A stretch of DNA of 32,000 nucleotides from Ignicoccus hospitalis KIN4/I (GTDB taxonomy: Archaea > Thermoproteota > Thermoprotei_A > Sulfolobales > Ignicoccaceae): positions 990,001-1,022,000 of the forward strand of contig NC_009776.1 of NCBI RefSeq assembly GCF_000017945.1, in the 5' to 3' direction. Both the position numbers and the translations under genes were made by a program. The notes beneath the pieces are model-generated. The model searched no databases and had not been told where the DNA came from. It saw only the letters and a list, made by a program, of their open reading frames with translations. Within the stretch, counting starts at the first letter, position 1; each line of letters starts with the position of its first letter. Positions 8,172 to 16,411 of this stretch are shown piece after piece.

Positions 8172-10031
8172 TTAATCTGAGGCGCACTTGGAGGCGAGCT
8201 CCCTCAAGCCCTCCTCCAACATATCCTTAACTTTCTCCACGTTGATCTCGAAGGAGGCCGCCAGGTCCCAGAGGCCCTTCCCTTGCACCAAGAAGCCGAA
8301 GGCCGCTGCGCCCAGCTCTTCGGGAAGCTCCCAAACGCCGTTGAGGGCGCAGCAGTAGAGCGCCGAGAAGGCGCTCTCCGCCCCTATCTTCCCTTCTAAG
8401 AACTTCTCCAATAACGTCCTTTCGCACTCAATGCCCAAAGGCTCCGGGGAGGAGTGCTTGAGCATTTTGAAAGCCTTCTTAACGTCCACGTCCCGATAGA
8501 CCCCGTGGGCGGAGAGCAAGAAGGAGCGGGAGAAGGCCTTAGCGGCCAGCTCCACCGCTTCCCCTCCCTTAGCGACGGCCACGTTCTTCTCTCCCGTTAC
8601 CTTGTTGTACCTAGGGGAGAGGTATATCACCTTGTAGCCGTTCTTGAGCCAGAAGTCGAGCACCTCGTGGTTTGAGAAGATCGCCCCGGTAACCTCGGCC
8701 TCCAACGCCTTTAACAAGGAGCTCCCTATGCCCCTCCTCTGGAGCTCCGGGACCACGGCTATCCTCACCACCCGCCTCGCCGGGGTGGGGAGGAAGCGGG
8801 AGAGCAGCCTGCTCAACGCCGCGCCCTTGGCGGGGGACCAAGGGTCTTCCGGGGGCTCCTCGTCCACCGTAAAGGCCACCCCCACCGGCCCCTCGCTCCC
8901 CGGGTACTCCCACAGCTTCCCCTTGGGGTGTTCCAACACCAGCTCCAAGTCTGAGGGCTCCCAGCGGTAGTGGGCGTAGGAGAGCAAGGCCGCGTAGGGC
9001 CTAGCCCCCGCGGGCTCCGTCAGCTCCTCCCTGTCCACCTCTCTAGGCCCCCCAGAGGGCTCCGAGGGCGAGGGCTCGGCGTCCAAGTGGAAGGCCTCGT
9101 ACAGCCACCTCTCCACCGGGTCCCCCGGAGGGTACCTAACGGGCTCCTTCAGCTCCACCACAATTACGTTCTTGAGCTTGTCTAACAACGTCTTAGTGAG
9201 GGCCCTCCCGGACCCCTCGTAGCCGTGGACCGTGGTGGCCATTACGACCTTCCAAGAGCGGTTGATTATTCTCCGGACAGCAGCAACGCCGACGGCCGCG
9301 GCCTCGTCCACCAAGACGGCCCCTCCCTTGCCCCCGGCCTTGGGGGGCGGGACCCACTCCACCCTCCACCCGGGCCCTACCAAGCGCCAGCCCTCTTCGG
9401 ACTCCTCCTTCTTGAAGCGGGCCCTCCTCTCGCTCATCTGTTGCTCGAACATCTTCAAGAAGCTGTGCATCTCCGGGGAGGGGGAGGTCACCTCCACCCT
9501 CCTAACCCCGAAGTCCAAGACCAGCGCGGCCGCCACGGCGCCCAGGAGGGCGCTCTTCCCCCTCCCCCTGTCCCCCAATATCGCCATTACCCTCCCGGTG
9601 CCCACTACGAAGCCGTTCAGCTTCTTCAAGGCCGCCCTCTGTTCCCTCGTAAGCCCCTTGGGGGGCTCCCACTTGGGGCAAGGGCCCCTTTCCTCGTAGG
9701 CCTCCAAGGCCCGCTCTAGGTAAACGCCGAAGAGGCCGGTTCCCCCTCTCGAGGAGTACACCTCTTTCAGCTCCCTCTCCTTTATGACGGCTATTGTCCC
9801 GCCGGCCTTGACCGTTTCCATGACGGCCGGGAAGGCGTTGGCCGGAACTGGGCCGCGGAGGTCTATGACCGCGTGGTCCCACTCGGTACCCAAGACCTTT
9901 CTGTAGGCGTTAGGGGGGAGCCTCCTCCAAGGGTACTCCGGCCTGGACTCAGAAACGAAGAGGACCCTCCCCTTCAAGCGGGCCAAAAGGCTGTCGTTCG
10001 CGAGGACCAGCCTCCTCCAGTAACACTTCAA
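8172..10031 (-). CDS. tmcA: tRNA(Met) cytidine acetyltransferase (TmcA/Kre33 family)
   Basis: 619 aa; Walker A 'AILGDRGRGKSALLG', Walker B-like 'GAVLVDEAAAVG', GNAT motif 'RIAVVPELQRRGIGSSLLKALE'. Confidence 0.92.
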   Translation of the reverse strand: MKCYWRRLVLANDSLLARLKGRVLFVSESRPEYPWRRLPPNAYRKVLGTEWDHAVIDLRGPVPANAFPAVMETVKAGGTIAVIKERELKEVYSSRGGTGLFGVYLERALEAYEERGPCPKWEPPKGLTREQRAALKKLNGFVVGTGRVMAILGDRGRGKSALLGAVAAALVLDFGVRRVEVTSPSPEMHSFLKMFEQQMSERRARFKKEESEEGWRLVGPGWRVEWVPPPKAGGKGGAVLVDEAAAVGVAAVRRIINRSWKVVMATTVHGYEGSGRALTKTLLDKLKNVIVVELKEPVRYPPGDPVERWLYEAFHLDAEPSPSEPSGGPREVDREELTEPAGARPYAALLSYAHYRWEPSDLELVLEHPKGKLWEYPGSEGPVGVAFTVDEEPPEDPWSPAKGAALSRLLSRFLPTPARRVVRIAVVPELQRRGIGSSLLKALEAEVTGAIFSNHEVLDFWLKNGYKVIYLSPRYNKVTGEKNVAVAKGGEAVELAAKAFSRSFLLSAHGVYRDVDVKKAFKMLKHSSPEPLGIECERTLLEKFLEGKIGAESAFSALYCCALNGVWELPEELGAAAFGFLVQGKGLWDLAASFEINVEKVKDMLEEGLRELASKCASD

Positions 10032-10069
10032 ATCAAACGGGCCCTAAAGGGCGGTCCCGGAAGGCTTTT

Positions 10070-10309
10070 CTACTCAGCGGCCGCCTCCTCCAGCTCCAGC
10101 TCTATTAGCCTGGCGTCCACCGCCTCCCTGAGCTCCGACTCGCACCAAGCGCTGCTCATCTTCTTTATCTCGTCCTTTATCTTCTCTAAGACCTCCTCTA
10201 CGCTGTCCCCTTGCACTTGGGCTCCGGAGAGGGGCTCGACGGCTATGTAGTACTCGCCGCTCTCGTCCTTCTCCTTATAAATTACTACTCCAACCTTTAC
10301 CTTCGCCAC
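10070..10309 (-). CDS. Small HicB-like (UPF0150-type) protein
   Basis: 79 aa; 'GVVIYKEKDESGEYYIAVEPLSGAQVQGDSVEEVLEKIKDEIKKM' resembles the HicB antitoxin N-domain. Confidence 0.5.
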   Translation of the reverse strand: MAKVKVGVVIYKEKDESGEYYIAVEPLSGAQVQGDSVEEVLEKIKDEIKKMSSAWCESELREAVDARLIELELEEAAAE

Positions 10310-10393
10310 GCTCTCGCCCGGCCCAAGGGCTACTCGCTCCTTAAAGGTTGAAACGTAGGGAAAGGTTCAGCGACCTCGGGAGGTGGAATTAGG

Positions 10394-10657
10394 TTGCTTA
10401 AGCACTTTCTCGTCCTAACCCTCTTGACCTCCGCCGCGTCCGCGCCCTTTCCCGACTGGGGCGACTCCGTGCTCTTGACGGTGGCCATAACTTCCCTCCT
10501 CTTGGGCGTAGCCCTCAACAGTTTTGTTTTGACAGCACTACCCTTGATCGCTTTAGCAGCTGAAGGCCTCTTGACCTACTTCGGGGCCCCCGAGGAGGTC
10601 AGGGCTTTAGCTGCCGGGGCCCTCGTGGCGGCGGAGGCGCTCTACCTCTTCCGCTAA
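10394..10657 (+). CDS. Small predicted membrane protein
   Basis: 87 aa from TTG; two to three hydrophobic segments (HFLVLTLLTSAASA, VLLTVAITSLLLGVAL, LIALAAEGLLTYF). Confidence 0.5.
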   Translation: MLKHFLVLTLLTSAASAPFPDWGDSVLLTVAITSLLLGVALNSFVLTALPLIALAAEGLLTYFGAPEEVRALAAGALVAAEALYLFR

Positions 10658-10717
10658 AGCCCGATGAGGATCCGAACCACCGGGCAGAGCGGTGACGAGG
10701 GCGCTCTGTCCCGAGGG
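10658..10717 (+). ncRNA. Candidate C/D-box sRNA 1 (tandem pair)
   Basis: C box CCGATGA 10661-10667, C'-like GGTGAC 10691-10696, D-like CCGA 10711-10714. Spacings C-C' 30 nt and C-D 50 nt are identical to sRNA 2. The D' box is weak. Confidence 0.62.
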
Positions 10718-10775
10718 CCGATGAGGCGTGAATGGCCGCTGGGGAAGGGTGACCGGAAACCCCGGCGCTGAGGCA
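10715..10775 (+). ncRNA. Candidate C/D-box sRNA 2 (tandem pair)
   Basis: C box CCGATGA 10718-10724, D'-like CTGG 10739-10742, C'-like GGTGAC 10748-10753, D box CTGA 10768-10771; same 30/50-nt spacing as sRNA 1. Confidence 0.72.
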
Positions 10776-10778
10776 AAA

Positions 10779-10787
10779 CTTATAAAG
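10779..10787 (+). promoter_or_regulatory. Box A (TATA) promoter element for tRNA-Leu
   Basis: 'CTTATAAAG' about 28-37 nt upstream of the mature tRNA 5' end at 10816. Confidence 0.6.
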
Positions 10788-10815
10788 AGAGTTTTGTTCC
10801 AGCTGCCGGAGCCTC

Positions 10816-10903
10816 GCGGGGGTGCCCGAGCCTGGCCAAAGGGGTCGGGCTCAGGACCCGATGGCGTAGGCCTGCGTGGGTTCAAATCCCACCCCCCGCA
10901 CCA
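10816..10903 (+). tRNA. tRNA-Leu(CAG), CCA encoded, no intron
   Basis: Acceptor GCGGGGG/CCCCCGC, class II variable arm, anticodon stem TCGGG (10845-49), loop CTCAGGA, stem CCCGA; anticodon CAG 10852-10854; T arm GTGGG-TTCAAAT-CCCAC; A73 plus CCA 10901-10903. Confidence 0.97.
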
Positions 10904-11011
10904 ACCCTCTCGCTCACCTCATCGCCCTAGAACGGGTATCTATTCTCACCACGCCCAGAAGGCCAGCGCACTCAAAACGCTCCGGCCCGAACGGTTACGA
11001 GGCCGGGGAGC

Positions 11012-11992
11012 GTGTACGACTACCTCGTCAAGGAGGGGAAAAGGGTCTACGCGGTCTCTCTGGAGGACGGCCGCCCAAAAGTGGTAAACGTTGAGAGCGA
11101 GGAGGCGGAGCTCGGTTACGAGTTCAGAGACGAAGGCGACTTCACGCACGTCGGAAAGGTAACGATAGTGAGGCCGGCGCTTTACGAAGTGGTAGAGACG
11201 GGCGAGAAGAAGTTCGTCGGCCGCGCCTTCTGGAAGCCCCACTTCCTCGGCCCTTACGTGTTGGTCCACGACCTCGAGTCCTCCTCGTTGTTGGCCGTGG
11301 ACGTTGAGAAGGGTAAGGTGGAGACGCTGTTAGATGAAGTAGGGAAGGCGATGTTCTTCGATACTAATACTTGCTGCGGAGTCAAGGAGCTCCGCTTCGC
11401 GGTCAACGCTCAAGGGAGGGCGAAGTTGTACTCCTTCAACGAGGACGGGGACTTGAAGGAAGTCGCCTCCGTCCCCTTCCCGCTCAACGAGGCCCGGGAC
11501 GAGGTGCTCACCGCTTGCCCGGAGCTCAACGCGTGCGTCTTACTAGGCTACGAAGGCACGTTGATAAGGGTGAAAGGCGTACTCCCCAGAATAATCTTGG
11601 GAGCTAAGGTGTTGCCCGATCAAAGGGTTATAGCGCTGGTCAAAGACGTCCACAGGGCTGCGATACCCGACACGGGTTCTTACGAAATAATTGAAATATC
11701 TAACGGTTCCAACTTGTTGAGCGTTCCTACCATAACGTTCCCGCCTTACGCGTACTACACGCTGAGCGACGCCGAACCGGAGGCTCTCTTGTTACACGAG
11801 ACGCCGGAGGCGGGCGACGACGAGTCCACCTTTAGGGTGTACTCCAAGGGCGACCTATTCGTTTACAAAGAGGACGCCCGGCCCCTCCTCTCCGTAAGCG
11901 GCCCCACCCTCCCGGACGAGGCGGTGTTGAAGGGGGGCTTGCTCTACTACTTACACAAAGGCTCCTTAGTGGAAGTGGAGGTCAGTTCCTAA
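11012..11992 (+). CDS. Hypothetical protein, beta-strand rich, possibly propeller-like
   Basis: 326 aa uninterrupted, repeated beta-hairpin-like 'xxYSFNEDGDLKEVxxVxF' units. No family recognised. Confidence 0.72.
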   Translation: MYDYLVKEGKRVYAVSLEDGRPKVVNVESEEAELGYEFRDEGDFTHVGKVTIVRPALYEVVETGEKKFVGRAFWKPHFLGPYVLVHDLESSSLLAVDVEKGKVETLLDEVGKAMFFDTNTCCGVKELRFAVNAQGRAKLYSFNEDGDLKEVASVPFPLNEARDEVLTACPELNACVLLGYEGTLIRVKGVLPRIILGAKVLPDQRVIALVKDVHRAAIPDTGSYEIIEISNGSNLLSVPTITFPPYAYYTLSDAEPEALLLHETPEAGDDESTFRVYSKGDLFVYKEDARPLLSVSGPTLPDEAVLKGGLLYYLHKGSLVEVEVSS

Positions 11993-12788
11993 GCGCTTGG
12001 AGGATCCGGTCTACTCCCTCCAAGCGGTCCACCTTGGCCGCCGCCACGGCCCTCCCGTCCTCGTAAACTATTGCTAATGGGAGGTCGTTCGGGGTAACTC
12101 CCAAGACCAGCATAGTGCTTAGGGAGCGGACGTCCGTACAGTTGTTCGGGTAAGCCTCGCAGCCCAGCTCCACCACCGTAACGTTGTTCGCCTCGGCGTG
12201 TTTGAGCAAGGAGTCCAAGTACGGGCTCTGGTGGGACTTGTCGTACAAGTACAATAGGTACTTGCCCTCCTTGGGGGGCCTCCAAGCGTGCGACATCACT
12301 TGGTACCACTGGGCCAACAAGCTCGCGAGCGCCCGCGGCCCCAAGCCGGTGGGGTCGAAGGGCACCAAGAGCCCCCTGTAGCTTAGCAAGAGCAAGGGCA
12401 CTTGGGAGACTCTGTACACTTGGAAGTTGACCAAGGCTTCCTTGTCCTTACACTGGGGGAAGCCTTCGCAGGTGAACACCTTGAACTCCACGGTTATGTT
12501 GAGCTTGTTCTCGACGATTGATTGCTTTAACAGCTCGACGGCTTGGGTCACGTTGTTGGCTACCTCCGGACAGACCGGACATTCCTTGGGAGAGGCGAGG
12601 AACAACATTATAGTGTACTTGTCGGACTCGGGGGTAAACAAGTACTTCTCCAAGTCCGATTTGCTTATAGCGACCCCTCCGCCCCCGCGGCCGAGCCAAG
12701 CGGGGACCAGCATCAAGATCGCGAAGAGCGCGGAGACGAGTACGTACAACTTCCTCTTCTTATCTCGTTCCTTCTTACCTCTGGCCAA
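11982..12788 (-). CDS. Membrane-anchored protein with N-terminal CxxC thioredoxin-like domain and probable second degenerate Trx-like domain
   Basis: 268 aa; TM anchor 'KLYVLVSALFAILMLVPAWLG', 'ECPVCPEV', cis-Pro-like 'VSQVPLLLLSYRGLL'; second half 'KYLLYLYDKSHQSPYLDSL...NDLPLAIVYEDGRAV'. Confidence 0.75.
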   Translation of the reverse strand: MARGKKERDKKRKLYVLVSALFAILMLVPAWLGRGGGGVAISKSDLEKYLFTPESDKYTIMLFLASPKECPVCPEVANNVTQAVELLKQSIVENKLNITVEFKVFTCEGFPQCKDKEALVNFQVYRVSQVPLLLLSYRGLLVPFDPTGLGPRALASLLAQWYQVMSHAWRPPKEGKYLLYLYDKSHQSPYLDSLLKHAEANNVTVVELGCEAYPNNCTDVRSLSTMLVLGVTPNDLPLAIVYEDGRAVAAAKVDRLEGVDRILQALRN

Positions 12789-12830
12789 CTTTAATTCCCG
12801 AGGGGGCTGCGCAAGAGGGGTAAACTGCGG

Positions 12831-12891
12831 TTCGGGATGAGCGGAGGTAGCAAAGCTGAAAGTGATGAGCCCGCAACGAAGCGACCGACCT
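12831..12891 (+). ncRNA. Candidate C/D-box sRNA 3
   Basis: C-like GGGATGA 12834-12840, D' CTGA 12856-12859, perfect C' GTGATGA 12862-12868, D-like CCGA 12885-12888, in a divergent intergenic region. Confidence 0.65.
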
Positions 12892-12922
12892 TAATTACCT
12901 CCCTAACCCGCTAAGCAAACGG

Positions 12923-13303
12923 ATGTCCGACTTGGGCATCGATAGGGTTGCTAAGAAGTACGGCCTAGAGGTGGTGAGGGCAGAAAACGAGACCAAGCTG
13001 CTCGTGCCGACCTCCCCGTTCTTTATCGTCATAAGAGAAGGGAACCCCACGGTCGTTAGGCTGGGGGTGGACGAAGAGAGGCTGGCGGAAGTCATAGAGG
13101 AGATGCTGGAGGAGGGGGAGACCAAGGAGTCTGTAGAGGACGCCTTGGACGAGATGATAGATGAGACCATAAGGATGGCCTACTCCGTAATAAGCGAGTT
13201 AGAGAGGGAGGGGAGGGAGGTGAAGTCCGAACTGTTGAGCTCCGTTATGGACATCAAAGATTTACTCAGCGAACAGCTGGAGTACGCGGAGGAAGTGCTT
13301 TGA
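12923..13303 (+). CDS. Hypothetical protein, C-terminal helical
   Basis: 126 aa; stop overlaps the TTG start of the next gene by 4 nt, supporting translation in an operon. Confidence 0.68.
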   Translation: MSDLGIDRVAKKYGLEVVRAENETKLLVPTSPFFIVIREGNPTVVRLGVDEERLAEVIEEMLEEGETKESVEDALDEMIDETIRMAYSVISELEREGREVKSELLSSVMDIKDLLSEQLEYAEEVL

Positions 13304-13956
13304 AGGTCTACGTCCTAAGGATAGGCCACCGCCCGGACAGGGACAAGAGGATAACAACCCACGTGGGCCTGGTCGCCCGCGCCTTCGGCGCCCACGGCTT
13401 CGTGCTCTCCCCGTGCGACGAGAAAGTTCTGGAGAAGCTGAGGGACGTGGAGGAGAGGTGGGGGAGGCTGTTAGAGGAGATAGCTTGTACGAACTCCCCC
13501 CTCAAGTACGTCAAGACTTGGGACGGCACGGTAGTACACCTAACCATGTACGGCCTCCCCGTGGACTCGGTAATTGACGAGATAAGGCAGAAGGACAAGA
13601 TACTGGTGATCGTGGGGGCAGAAAAGGTCCCCAGGGAGTACTACGAGCTCGCGCACTACAACGTCGCGATAGGCAACCAGCCGCACTCCGAAGTGGCCGC
13701 CCTGGCGATATTCCTAGACAGGCTTTACGGGGGCGCGGAACTTTATAGGCAGCCCGTCGGCGGCAAGCTTAGGATAATTCCGACCGAAAAGGGGAAGAAG
13801 GTGGTCAAGGTTGGCGAAGAAGGACCCTCTGGAGGAGCTCCTGGAGTTCGTGCGGAGCGTGGCCGGGGAGGACGGGGTGAGGGTGTTCAAGGAGCTGATG
13901 AGGTACGAGGACATAAGCGAGGAGCAACTGACCGAGACCTTGGGGATGAAACCTAA
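13300..13956 (+). CDS. trm56: tRNA (cytidine-56) 2'-O-methyltransferase
   Basis: '[30 protein letters not shown]', 'HLTMYGLPV', '[43 protein letters not shown]' are typical of archaeal Trm56. The C-terminal ~45 aa overlapping tfe look low-complexity. Confidence 0.88.
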   Translation: MKVYVLRIGHRPDRDKRITTHVGLVARAFGAHGFVLSPCDEKVLEKLRDVEERWGRLLEEIACTNSPLKYVKTWDGTVVHLTMYGLPVDSVIDEIRQKDKILVIVGAEKVPREYYELAHYNVAIGNQPHSEVAALAIFLDRLYGGAELYRQPVGGKLRIIPTEKGKKVVKVGEEGPSGGAPGVRAERGRGGRGEGVQGADEVRGHKRGATDRDLGDET

Positions 13957-14332
13957 CGACGTAAGGAGGGCGCTCTACAAGCTGGAGAGGTACGGGCTGG
14001 TAAGGAACTACAAGATAAGGAACGAGAACGACGGGACGTACATATACTATTGGTATGTAGACCGGGAAACCCTCAACAGGAACTTGCTTAAGATAAAGAA
14101 GAGCGTCCTAGAAAAGTTGAAGAGGAGGCTGGAGAGCGAAGAAGACCAATACTTCTACTGCCCCGCGTGCGGGCTCCAGTTCTCCTACGAAGAGGCCATG
14201 GGCTACGACTTCACTTGTCCTAGATGCGGGGAGCCCCTAGAGCTGGCCGAGAGCAACCCTAGGAAGAAACTCCTCGAGAAGATAGTCAAGCGCCTCGAGG
14301 AGGAAATAAAGCATGAGGAGAGCGTTCTTTGA
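13811..14332 (+). CDS. tfe: Transcription factor E alpha subunit
   Basis: wHTH '[30 protein letters not shown]' followed by zinc ribbon '[24 protein letters not shown]'. Confidence 0.93.
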   Translation: MAKKDPLEELLEFVRSVAGEDGVRVFKELMRYEDISEEQLTETLGMKPNDVRRALYKLERYGLVRNYKIRNENDGTYIYYWYVDRETLNRNLLKIKKSVLEKLKRRLESEEDQYFYCPACGLQFSYEEAMGYDFTCPRCGEPLELAESNPRKKLLEKIVKRLEEEIKHEESVL

Positions 14333-15260
14333 CCTCTTCTCCGGGGCAGGGGGCTTCGCCTTAGGCTTTGAAATGGCCGGCTTTGAAGGGGTCTTGGGGG
14401 TGGACAACGACAAGGCGCCGGCGAGGAGCTACGCCGCCAACCACCCCAAGGCCTTAACGCTAGTGGAGGACGTGTCCAAGCTGAGCAGCAAGACCATAGA
14501 GAGGTTGGTAGGGGACGTGGACGTGGTAATAGGCTCTCCCCCGTGCGAGCCCTACACCGCCGCCAACCCCAAGAGGGAGAAGGACCCCTTGGACAGGCTG
14601 TACAAGGACCCGGTCGGGAGGCTGGTGCTCCACTTCATAAGGATAGTTGGCGACTTGAAGCCCAAAGTATTTGTAATGGAAAATGTGAAAGGGCTGATAG
14701 AGGGGCCCTTGAAGGACGCCTTGAGGAGGGAGTTCGCGAGGGTTGGGTACCCGAAGGTCTACTTCAACGTACTTAGGGCGGAGGACTACTGCGTCCCCTC
14801 TCACAGGGTCAGGGTCTTCGTCTCTAACGTACCGCTCAGGCCCCCGAAGTGCAACAAGGTAATAACCGTAGAGGAGGCGTTGAGGGGCTTGCCGCCGCCG
14901 AACTTCGAGTGGCCCCCGAACCACGAGCCGCCCCACGTGCCCAAGAGGCTCGAGAGGAGGGCGGCCAAGCTCAAGTGGGGGGAGGCGCTAATACATTACA
15001 GGGGCAGCGGAGGCAAGCTCTACCCTAACATGATAAAGCTCCACCCCAAGAAGCTCGCCCCCACGGTGCTCGGCAGCTCCCGCTTCTTCCACCCTTACGA
15101 GAACAGGCTGTTGACTGTTAGAGAGCAAGCGAGGTTGATGGGCTACCCGGACAACTTCATATTCTTGGGGGGTAAGGACAGCCAGTACAACCAAGTGGGC
15201 GAGTCCGTGCCACCCCCCTTGGCTAAGGCCATAGCTGAGGAAGCGCTCAAATTCCTTTGA
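14313..15260 (+). CDS. C5-cytosine methyltransferase, DCM fold (DNA or possibly RNA substrate)
   Basis: 315 aa; motif I '[20 protein letters not shown]', motif IV 'IGSPPCEPYT', motif VI 'VFVMENV', motif VIII 'RVRVF', motif IX/X 'RLLTVREQARLMGYPDNF' and 'YNQVGESVPPPLAKAIAE'. Confidence 0.9.
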   Translation: MRRAFFDLFSGAGGFALGFEMAGFEGVLGVDNDKAPARSYAANHPKALTLVEDVSKLSSKTIERLVGDVDVVIGSPPCEPYTAANPKREKDPLDRLYKDPVGRLVLHFIRIVGDLKPKVFVMENVKGLIEGPLKDALRREFARVGYPKVYFNVLRAEDYCVPSHRVRVFVSNVPLRPPKCNKVITVEEALRGLPPPNFEWPPNHEPPHVPKRLERRAAKLKWGEALIHYRGSGGKLYPNMIKLHPKKLAPTVLGSSRFFHPYENRLLTVREQARLMGYPDNFIFLGGKDSQYNQVGESVPPPLAKAIAEEALKFL

Positions 15261-15928
15261 GCGACCTAGCGACGGGAAACGCAGCCTTGAAAGGGTGTGA
15301 CCCGTTTGAGTGGAAGAGGGCCTTGGAGGAGAAGAACTGGAAGTGCGAGCCAGAGAACCTCGAAGAAGCCTTGGAGGTCCAGAGGAAGGTAGCTGAGGTC
15401 GCGAAGGAGGTTTGGGGGCCCGTTACGGGCTGGAAGGTGGGCCTCACCGGGGAGGAGAGCAAGAGGAAGTTCGGCGGCGGGCCCATAACCGGGCCCCTCT
15501 TCCGAGACGGCCTCTTGGGCAACGGGAGCTCCGTGGAGCTGGCCAAGCTCAGCGACCCCTTAGCGGAGCCAGAGATATTCTTCTGCGACGGCTCCTTCTT
15601 TCTAGCAATAGAAATTCCGGACAACCGTTACGGCAAGCGGTGGGACGAGCTGAACTGGCTCATGCTGCTCGCCGACCTAGCTGCCTCCAACAAGGTGGTG
15701 GTCGGGAAGGAGGTAGAGTTGAGGGACGGCGAGGAGGTGAGGGTCAGCGGCCCCGGAGTGAACTTGGTGGGAAGGATAGACATGAAGAGGATAAACGCCA
15801 ACGTAGAGTTGTTGAAGGACAAGGAAGGCTGCCTGCTCTTGGGGACTGTAGCAGATCCCTTCAAGCCCACGGCCGGGGAGTACGTGATGGAGTGTTGCGG
15901 GGGGAGAGCAACGGTCAAGTTCATTTAA
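15257..15928 (+). CDS. 2-keto-4-pentenoate hydratase / FAH-like family protein
   Basis: 223 aa; 'GPVTGWKVGLTGEESKRKFGGGPITGPLFRDGLLGNGSSVEL', 'AEPEIFF', 'LADLAASNKVVVGKEV'. Confidence 0.7.
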   Translation: MSDLATGNAALKGCDPFEWKRALEEKNWKCEPENLEEALEVQRKVAEVAKEVWGPVTGWKVGLTGEESKRKFGGGPITGPLFRDGLLGNGSSVELAKLSDPLAEPEIFFCDGSFFLAIEIPDNRYGKRWDELNWLMLLADLAASNKVVVGKEVELRDGEEVRVSGPGVNLVGRIDMKRINANVELLKDKEGCLLLGTVADPFKPTAGEYVMECCGGRATVKFI

Positions 15929-16353
15929 ACTTCTACGATACCCTTTGCGAATTCGGTTAATGTGTACTTAACAGAATATAGCGCGTCAAAGGACTCTAAG
16001 CTCAGACCCCCCTCGAGGTCCAGCCTGAAGCTCTTTCCGGCCTCCTTTAGGGAGCTCAAGGGATAGAAGCTCCAGCCGGAGTAGAGCACCTTCACCGCCA
16101 CCCACGCGTCCGCGCCTCCCCTCTCTTCCCATTCCTTGAGTATTTCATACTGTCTCCTTTCCAAGTATATGTACTTCTTATCCTTCGTAGTCTTCACTTC
16201 TATCGCTACTGCCCTCCCCTTCTTCAACGCTACCAAGTCCGGGTACAAGTACCTCTTGGCCGCCGCCCCGGAGGCGGGGGCCCTCATCACGGCCCAGCCC
16301 ATTTGGTAGAGCTTGCCCGCAAGCTCCCTCTCGAACGAAACCCTGGACCTCAA
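15925..16353 (-). CDS. hjc: Archaeal Holliday junction resolvase
   Basis: 142 aa; 'SFERELAGKLYQMGWAVMRAPASGAA...YPDLVALKKGRAVAIEVKTTKDKKYIYL' with PD-(D/E)xK residues. Confidence 0.9.
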   Translation of the reverse strand: MRSRVSFERELAGKLYQMGWAVMRAPASGAAAKRYLYPDLVALKKGRAVAIEVKTTKDKKYIYLERRQYEILKEWEERGGADAWVAVKVLYSGWSFYPLSSLKEAGKSFRLDLEGGLSLESFDALYSVKYTLTEFAKGIVEV

Positions 16354-16411
16354 GGGGGGTTCCGGAAAGTTTTGGCGCTCCGGAGCTTATATCGCAAAAA
16401 GGAGAAGGCGC

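Noticed and set aside
9225-9719. Plus-strand ORFs inside tmcA (164 and 156 aa)
   Set aside because: Opposite a confident TmcA coding frame; typical GC-rich spurious ORFs.
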